Part shown: piece by piece, positions 56,201 to 64,000 of the stretch
Position numbering within the stretch: the stretch's first letter is position 1
Layout: each line of letters begins with the position of its first letter
Assembly (NCBI GenBank): GCA_002269645.1
Contig: NIVC01000440.1
Location: forward strand, 62,001 to 126,000
Direction of reading: 5' to 3'
Source: Macrostomum lignano
Taxonomy: Eukaryota
Length of the DNA stretch: 64,000 nt
Program-made: the position numbers and the translations under genes
Notes under the pieces: model-generated
The model's input: only the letters and a program-made list of their open reading frames with translations
The model's database searches: none
What the model was told of the DNA's origin: nothing

Positions 56201-57150
56201 CGCAGCTTTGTAGCAGCGCTGGAGGGGGTCCGGACAACTCGGGGATTGGCTCAACGCTTTGCCTCGGCGGCATCCCGAATCACCATCTGATGAAGGGCAA
56301 TGTAGTTAGAAACCAGCGCTGCGTGGCCATCACTCTGATGGTCACGTTCAACGACAAGTTCGAGCTGTGCGTACTGCATTCCGCGTACAACAGTTCGCTG
56401 CAAGATTTCATCGAGGCTGAGCAGGGCCGGGCGTATACCAAACTGCAAGGCTTTAAAATGATAAAAGATTTGCTGCAAATCTGGAAACTCTTCGGCCAGG
56501 AGACCGCCACTCTGCCCTGGTCGTTGACGCCGAAAAATCTCAAGGTTTGTAGTTTAATTTTTCCTGGAAAGTCTGCGAGAAGCAGATGCTCAGTCAAGAG
56601 TAAACGGTTTACCAGAAAGGTTGCTAGGGCTTTTAGATTTATCATAAATCAGGCAAGCCGGATGTCAGAGTTTCTATTGTCCAACTGTCATATGAATTTC
56701 TCCTATTGTGTCCCCAAACTCCAGACGTCCCACCGACCTGGCGCATCGATTGTCTACGACTACCTGGAGAGCCCGCTGCCGACCCTGCGGAAGGGCCACA
56801 CCTTCGGCGGCCTGCTGTTCACCAAATCCGAGTCCGAGGTTCGCGTCCAAAAGCAGGCAACGGAGTTGAACAACCTGCTGCAGGTGACCTTAATGATCCT
56901 GGTCCGTAGCCCCGTACAGCTCGAGCCCGACGAACTCGACCGGATCGCCGAGCGTGAGCACCCACAGGAGCGTCACCGCGAGTTCAAAGCTTACATTGTG
57001 TCGCAGATTAGCGGTCTGAAGCATTCGCGCGAACTCGACCCGATCCCGGCCGACACGATCGCCAACCTCTGGCACACGGCCGCTGAACGCAAAGTCCGCG
57101 ACATCGAGGAATGGATCGAGAGGGGAATCAAGAAGTGGCAGAATTGTTGA
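50209..57150 (+). CDS. DSTYK-like protein: dynamin-superfamily G domain + helical region + kinase-fold domain lacking catalytic motifs (~1070 aa)
   Basis: Phase-consistent exons 50209-50269, 51320-51487, 51576-52141, 52722-52964, 54796-56544, 56725-57150. LVLGGKGSGKSSVINGILG, FLEIPG, FFVINKVD; TPEWKSEVAKE resembles DSTYK SPGWKRKVAQE (from recall); the C-terminal region aligns with kinase subdomains but has no HRD or DFG. Confidence 0.75.
50395..51155. repeat. GA-rich intronic repeat (GAGAGAAGGGGA-type 12-mer)
   Basis: Directly visible. Confidence 0.95.
52150..52600. repeat. 21-bp intronic minisatellite (GTCTATGGCTTTTGTGGCTGT)
   Basis: About 21 copies. Confidence 0.95.
53303..53585 (-). mobile_element. 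Second copy of the tRNA-headed CORE-like SINE (intronic)
   Basis: Reverse complement reads TAGCCTAGTGG...GGTTCGAATCC...TGTGTCCTTAAGCAAGACACTTAACTCTGCA...CTTGGACTGAACAGCCGTACGCAGCCTTCAGATGC, nearly matching 32571-32880. Confidence 0.85.
53775..54325. repeat. 21/42-bp dimeric intronic minisatellite (GGCACTCATTTTGGCGCCGCA / GGCATTCCTTTTAGCGCCACA)
   Basis: Alternating 21-bp subunits. Confidence 0.92.
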
Positions 57151-58422
57151 GCAGTGACCACTGTCAGACTTGAGCACGCTCTGGATTATGGATGAGTCTG
57201 GAATTACGTAGTGCTTGTTCAACATTTTTTGACCTAGAGAGTCATTCATTATCTGCGCGGTCTACCTGATTGCGCCCACCGATTGGTGTGTGTTAACTCA
57301 ATGTTTTATTGTGACGTAATTGCTCGATTTTACGTGCAAATTCTTATCGATTTTGATTTCGAATCAGTTTAATTCCACAAATCATGATTTACCAGTTGCA
57401 AGCTGCAAAGAAACCCTCAGTAAAACGGTGTCATTAGACTGAACTCATCTGAGTTCCATCTTGCCTTAGGAATTCTTAATTCGTATCTGTTGCAATCCAG
57501 TGACAAAAATAATTCTGAACCTCTTTTTAGATTCAAACCCTTTTTCCTGAATATTGAACTCAAGATCGAGACGAAATTAAAATAAAATTTGCTTTAACAA
57601 CTCGCAAGAGTCAGTGAGAGATTTGCTAAGCTGTGCAGTTCTATTATTTCAAACCTTGAATTCGATTTAGCCCTTCGGTCCATTTTGACCTTCGATCATG
57701 TTTGTTTAGTGTGATACCGTTTTTTAATTTACACACAACATCAGAAATGGTCTCGCTTAAAATAGCAGATCTTTAATGTAAAATTTCGTTTTCAAAACTT
57801 CATTTACGAATAAAACTCTTCAACAAATTTTCGAGATGGGCTTATCCAAAGACTGCCGCTTTGAAGTATTGTAAATTCAATTAGTAAGTTGTGGAGAATT
57901 TCATATTTCAGCTTTAAAATAAACAAAAGAGTTTTAAAAACGGTAGCTGAAAAAGCAAGTTATGCTAGATCTGAAACTAAGCATGCAGACAACTTGAGAT
58001 GGCGCACAACCAGTGTCGAAGGGAAATGGGCCACGAAAAGGAAAGCGGAGCCGTTAATTCAACTTTCCTTTTTGATTGGTAAGATGGTTGCAACTTCAGG
58101 CTATTTCTGTTTCGACAGTCAATGGAACTTTTTTATTGGAGACAGGCGGTGTGACCTTGAGCAGGCACACAAGCGCGCGGATACGCACGCAGTCATACGC
58201 ACAGGCACACACTCACACTGGAGTGTACATCGGCCCTAACTTTATTTACCGTTAGGCATGTACACTTCATTGCACGAGCAGAGCCAAGCCGAGATTCCAA
58301 TTTAACCCCAAATTTAATGCGACTTTGAATCGAGCTTGGGCCGCTGGCACATTAGCACTCCGCGCTCGACCACTAGGGTGCGGCCCCCAATGTAACTTAT
58401 ATAAGCCATAATGCCGCAATCT

Positions 58423-59110
58423 CAACAACAATAACAACAACAACAATAACAACAACAACAATAACAACAACAATAACAACAACAACAACAACAACAACAA
58501 CAAAATACGCGTTCAGCGTCACAGGGCGCGCCTCAAGGCCAAGTCGCGAATGAACGCCACGTCGCCAGCCGAATCCGAGGCGCCGGCGTCAGCCAGCAGG
58601 CAGACGGTGCCTGCAACGATGCCTGCAGCGTTAGCAGCAGCACCTCCTGCATCGGCTCTGTGCAGTTCAACTCGGCGCGGATGAAGTGGCCTGCCAGCTG
58701 GAGTCGCCGACGGTGCAACAGGTCGCTTGGACGGACCAGGCCGGTGCGGTGATACAAAGCCGCGTTGGTCACTCGCTCGTAGCCGATCTTGAAGGCGGCG
58801 CGCAGCTGGCCAGCGTGCGCCGCGTCAACTTGTTGCTCGAGCGACTCCGTCAGCGTCCATGTCTCGGCGTTGTACAGCAGGACGGTCTCGATCACCGCCT
58901 AGAACAACGCCTTTCTCTGGTCTCGGACTGCAGGACTGCCCTCACAGAACGAAAGGCAGCCCAGGCAAGCCCGCGGCGACGCCGCAAATCCCCGCGGACG
59001 CCGGGAACCAGACCGCTGGGGTAGACGAACTGCTGAGAACGTGGAAGCTCTGTCGCCTGTCCATCAGCGCCTCGGCACAAAATCGCAGCCTCGATGTCGA
59101 AACATAAACT
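58423..59110 (-). mobile_element. 5'-truncated RTE-like non-LTR retrotransposon 3' end with (TTG)n tail
   Basis: RRRRGLAWAAF...; IETVLLYNAETWTLT...LRAAF...VTNAALY...RRRLQLAGHFIR (post-RT region of the RTE group); (AAC)n at 58423-58502 is the minus-strand 3' tail. Confidence 0.85.
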
Positions 59111-59556
59111 TGAAATCAACAAGCTAATATTTACCCATCTTTAATCCTTAGCGGAGTTTAATCTTTATTCCTAAGGACAGCTAACTTCATGTCGACTATA
59201 ACCAGACGCAACGAATATTTTCGCAGCATTTACATGTAAGCCCAACGAGACTATTTCCACAGGTGAGCTTTATGAAGTTTACTCGTGAACAGCCTAAGGT
59301 GAAGCATAAAAGTGCTCGCTGTTTTTGATCAAGTTCTCGCGGCCAATTTTGGGCATCAACTAATTAGGCATGTATATAAATAAGTAAATGAAACAAAACC
59401 GTAATTAGCGAAGTAAAATGTTTTATTTATTATATACTCTTTTCCTCTAGTATATATTAGCCGTGATTGGAATTAACGGCTGCATCAATTAGCTATACTT
59501 CAACCTGGTGGTTCACATTCTCTATATCGATGGTCCATACACCGCTCCGAGCCAGC

Positions 59557-60381
59557 TTAGGTGTACCGGTTGATGAAGCTGGCGTAGCGCACAACATTGG
59601 CATACAGGGAGGTGGTGGAGCTGATGCCAGAGTTCACGCCCAGCTGGTAGTAGGTGCTGCCACTCCTGTACACCATCGGGCCGCCGCTGTCGCCAAAGTA
59701 GATGGAATTGGGCTGGCGGGAGCTGCAGAAGTAGGCGGATCCGCAGCCAGACCGGGTCAATGTGGTCTCGGCGTAGTTCAGAACGTTTGAAATGCCGTTG
59801 TGGTCGCCGCCGTAGCCCATGCTGATGATGGCGGAGCCGGCGCTGGGCTCGGAGCCGCTGAACAGCGCGATCGGCTGGACATTGCTGTTGAAGGCGATGT
59901 CGCTGCTGGTCTTCAGGACGGCCAGATCGTAGTCGCGAACGACGGCGCAGCCGCTGCCGGTGGGGTAGCCGGGGTAGATGTAGGTGTTGGAAACCCGGTA
60001 GCTGGTGCCACGGCCAGCGCGGACGGTGCCGACCTGTCAATAAAGAGTCACGCGAACAGCTGCTTGAAAGCTTCTAAATATATGCTGCCAGCTGGAACTA
60101 AGGAACTCAAGCACTACAAAGTCTTACTCAATACAGGTGGCTACTCCGCCGTATCAATTTTACTGTTGACTCACCTCAACGCTGCTCGGCGCCCGGTTGC
60201 AGACGCAGTGAGCGGCAGTCAGAATGGTTCTCTTGTTGAGAACCGAGGCGGAGCAGCCGGATATCTTGGCCATCCAGGGGAATTGGCCCAAGGCGGCATT
60301 CTGTCCGTTGAGGATGTAGCTGTCCAGAGGGTTGGCAGCAGCCACCGCCAGCAGGCAGGCGAGCGCAATCAGAAACTTCAT
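59557..60381 (-). CDS. Secreted S1 (chymotrypsin-fold) serine protease, 227 aa
   Basis: Exons 60381-60175 and 60033-59557; signal peptide; activation site Y|ILNG; TAAHC, DYDLAVL and GDSGGP form an intact triad. Confidence 0.93.
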
Positions 60382-62534
60382 TTCCGGTTTGATTGAACCA
60401 GTGTGCGACACCGAGATTGAAGAACGAACCGATTCACTGTTGCTGTTCGAATTGCTTCTCCCAGCGACACGCAGGCATATTTATTTAGAATTTGCCGACG
60501 TGAGGAAAGCAGGTTTTCGCTTGGGAACAAAGCACGCGTCAACGGCGACAACTTTGCAATTCAGATAAGCTGCTTGCAATAGCTCAATTGTGCTATTCGA
60601 ATTTTCTATTGAAGCATTGTAACGGCCCATGGCTTACATTGGATAAATTTTTAACACTCTTATCGCTGGTTCGAGTAGCGCGTGCGCTTCTCGGTTCGTT
60701 TTTCGAAACGTTTCCCAGCTTTTGATTGAATAACCGAATGCAGTTTGCATGTGTTTTAAATTTTTGCTGAATAATACCCGTAGCTTAATTTTGAAGTTGC
60801 TGGTTTCTGCAGAGTTTAAAAAAAATTTGCTTTTTATAGAATTCTGCTATTAATGTTCAATTTTTAACTTTCGCGTGTCTATCTCATTCTATTCTACGCT
60901 CGTAATTCGGTGCATGGAAAACAAAAGTACATGCATATTTCATATTATGGCATGCGTCCTATTTGTGTTTTCTGTGTTTTATTTAACTTAGACTGGTGCG
61001 GAGGAGCAAGATCAGACCCAGAATCGTGAAACATATGCTAGGCCCATGGGCTTGTGATCGAAGCAACTAGACAAAGGTGAACACCCAAATGACATTGCGA
61101 TGTTGCTGAATATAAAAGAAAAAGACGGTTTTCAGCATCCGTCAGCGCGTTGAAACCACTGCAGCAGAGATTGCAGCAAGTTGCCAGAGCCTCAGATCCA
61201 ACTGCTGTTCGATTGCGACAACCCCCTTTGCTGACGTTGCAGCAAATGCAGTTGATTTTCGAATATCAGCAGAGCTCTTGAAAAGTGACTGGTAAGACTG
61301 AAAAGTTTTGGTAGACGCTGACATTTCAGCGCTACGCAACAGCCCACAGACGGTTGTGAGAAGATAGGAGTTTGTCCAACAAGAATTGATGCTTGTTGGA
61401 CCACATTAATGAAGCTGTGCCACCCTTGTGCCAATAGAAAAAAGCTTCATTACTTTGGCAAGCGTATATTTGATTAAATTCAATGCGTGTAGGCCCAAAT
61501 GGGCTAGAGATGGTGCTGGTTATTGGAGCTGAGCAGAGAATATCCAATGGTCTATTTTGGATTCGCTGATGGATGGAGAGCTGAGCCATAGACTAAATTT
61601 CATGAGAAGAAGGCGAGAAAGAAATTGTTCACTTTAATATGGGGAGGGTCTCGAGGCGAGCGAAGCGATTACATGCAACCTCTGACTTTCTGACCACAGA
61701 ATGCACATTATAAAGCCATTATCTTATACTCGTAATTGTAATTCAACCCTTTGTTGTGAGGGCCAAAACCTACAACTAAAAGCTACAGCTTCCAAGTTCA
61801 TCCAGGAAGGTGGCTCGGTGAAGCAGCGTTGTGCAAATGCGAAAGCACCTAGAGAAATTGCGCGTCTACTTTCACAGGAGTACACCGGTAAAATGTACTT
61901 TGTGTTGGAATTTCACCTTTGAACTGCGAGGACGCGAATGGCTCCGTAAGCTGACGGTAAATTAAATTCCATTTAGAGATGTACAACCAATGGACGACGA
62001 GCATTTAGACTGGCACCTATGGAGACCAAAGATGTCCGTGGAAGTTTAGAGACGCGGACTTCAGAAGATCGGAAGCAGAGCGTGCTTGTTGTAAATTTTG
62101 AAAGCAGGTGTCCCAATGAGTGCGTGAATTTCTACCTGAAGAAGATCGAAGAGGCAAAGAGCAAAGGCTTGATCCGCATACCTCTAATAACCCCTCCAAA
62201 ATGATACAATCAACAACACGCGTCGAGCTTTTCCTTGCTCTCTGGATTAACCATGGCCACATTTTATTCCACACAAACCACATATGGACAAAATTCATGA
62301 ACACATTGGTATATTTATTAAATCAATAGAACAAACTTACTATTTACTACGAGTATTAGAGCTGATAAGTAAGCTAACTACTTCTATTCAAGAAGTTAGC
62401 TTAAGAATTCTAGAAGAACAATACATATTTGGGAAGTCAGCAGAAACTTTTTCCATACATATGCACATGCAGTACACTGATAAGCAAATGCTCTGAAGAT
62501 CTGGCAAATCCATTAGCGTACTACCATACAAGTA

Positions 62535-64000
62535 TCAGGTGCAGAACGCCTTGGACACGGTGCAGGCGTCGCAGACAACTCGAAACGGTTGCCGCAGCAG
62601 CCGGCAAGTCTTCCTCTTGCACTCCGGATGCGTGCCCGGGTAAGTGACCGAGCGAACGCTGTACGGCCTGCCGCAGCACATCACGCTGCAGAGCACCTCC
62701 CTGCGGTACTGGCTGCTGTCTTCACTTGGCAGGCCCTTGAGCAGGCTCTGACCGACAGGCGTGTTATCTGGGAGGCACTCCCTGTGACGGGTTAGGCAGT
62801 GTGACAATGTTAGATTGTTGAGCAAGTTCAACTCAGCCTCGTACTAAACAAATGCATTGCATATGAGCCGTATGTATCAAGGACTACTCAAGTAGAAAGT
62901 TTTCAAGCCTGGCGCACCTTCCATGCGTGACGGAGCAGTAATCCAGCGAGTGCTCATGAAATAGTAGAAGCGTCTTCTTTGGCAGCCCTTTGACAATCCG
63001 GTGACCAATGCATCGGGGACCAAGCGACAGCGGGTTCGTTGGCTGATGGTTACCGGAAGCGGCGCCCGGACAGAGCTCCTCGTATCCTGCGTAGCCTGAG
63101 CGATCGAATATGGCCCTGCGCATCTGGTGCTAGAAGTGAGGGACGGATTTTCGGAGGTGATCATAGCTGCGATTTCTAATGCAGAGTGACAAGAGCTGGA
63201 TCTCTGCATACAAATCAGTACAGATGCAGAGTGACAAGATCATAGAGCCCCGGATCTCTGCATGCGGATCAGTACAGATGCAGAGTGACAAGATCACAGA
63301 GCCCCGGATCTCTGCATGCCGATCAGTACAGATGCAGAGTGACAAGATCATAGAGCCGCGGATCTCTGCATGCGGATCAGTACAGATGCAGAGTGACAAG
63401 ATCACAGAGCCCCGGATCTCTGCATGCGGATCAGTACAGATGCAGAGTGACAAGATCACAGAGACCCGGATCTCTGCATGCGGATCAGTACAGATGCAGA
63501 GTGACAAGATCACAGAGCCCCGGATCTCTGCATGCGGATCAGTACAGATGCAGAGTGACAAGATCACAGAGCCCCGGATCTCTGCATGCGGATCAGTACA
63601 GATGCAGAGTGACAAGATCATAGAGCCGGATCTCTGCATACGGGTCAAGTCACAACTCCAAAACCGAAAAAAAACTATCACTATCACTCACCGTGTCATA
63701 AATTCGCATCAAAACGTCCAAAGGATTTTTTCCAGTCCTATGAAACAGACTGCCAGCCAGGAGCAGCGGCTTCTCCTGCTGCTGATTCTCCAGCTGCTGC
63801 CACCAGGAGCCTCCGACAGCTCCGTAGTGCAGCACTCGATGGCAGGTGCGCACAGAACAGGCTGCACTAGTGCCGTGGCATTTGCACCTCACTGCCTCGG
63901 CGTGTCGAGTCGCCCTTATCCCAACCTGATAGTTGTGACCGTTCACCAGTTCAGTGAACTGTTCGAAGGCTTCCTCTACTGGCACGTCTGTCGATGTTGA
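62535..64000 (-). CDS. Highly divergent Wnt ligand, 3' exons (5' part outside window)
   Basis: Exons >=64000-63692, 63129-62918, 62781-62535. VNGHNYQVG, CKCHGTSAACSVRTC, FHEHSLDYC...GREC, CSVMCCGRPY and terminal VVCDAC...FC follow the Wnt cysteine scaffold. Confidence 0.85.
63180..63640. repeat. 54-bp intronic minisatellite in the Wnt gene
   Basis: GATGCAGAGTGACAAGATCACAGAGCCCCGGATCTCTGCATGCGGATCAGTACA; period 54 from 63223 to 63277. Confidence 0.95.

Overview
This is eukaryotic (animal) genomic DNA, not prokaryotic, and most of the long ORFs in the six-frame track are artefacts of tandem repeats. GC/CpG-rich exons, GT-AG introns filled with minisatellites, a divergent Wnt, and genes that begin at a bare 3' splice site fit a free-living flatworm such as Macrostomum (inference only). 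Hand-built spliced models: a PAN + C-type lectin protein, a frameshifted KIAA1143 homolog, a protein with a C-terminal telobox-type Myb domain (TRF-like), CHMP2B, CIAO1, YIPF5, a small single-pass membrane protein, DHDDS, a DSTYK-like dynamin-family GTPase fused to a pseudokinase, an S1 serine protease, and the 3' part of a very divergent Wnt. Mobile DNA: an internally deleted piggyBac, an RNase H-bearing LINE 3' fragment, a decayed Merlin element with long TIRs, a MITE-like element, two copies of a tRNA-headed CORE-like SINE, and an RTE fragment. There are more than 20 distinct tandem repeats, including a 4.25-kb 32-bp array. Best leads: (1) the P-loop GTPase-pseudokinase fusion; (2) CIAO1, and probably DHDDS, lack a suitable ATG and may take the initiator Met from a spliced leader, within an operon-like same-strand gene run; (3) a candidate TRF/shelterin protein; (4) a Wnt lacking the WCC finger tip; (5) sharply bounded CpG-depleted, TAG/CTA-rich domains. 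Repeat borders are approximate; exon borders were read by eye and need RNA confirmation.
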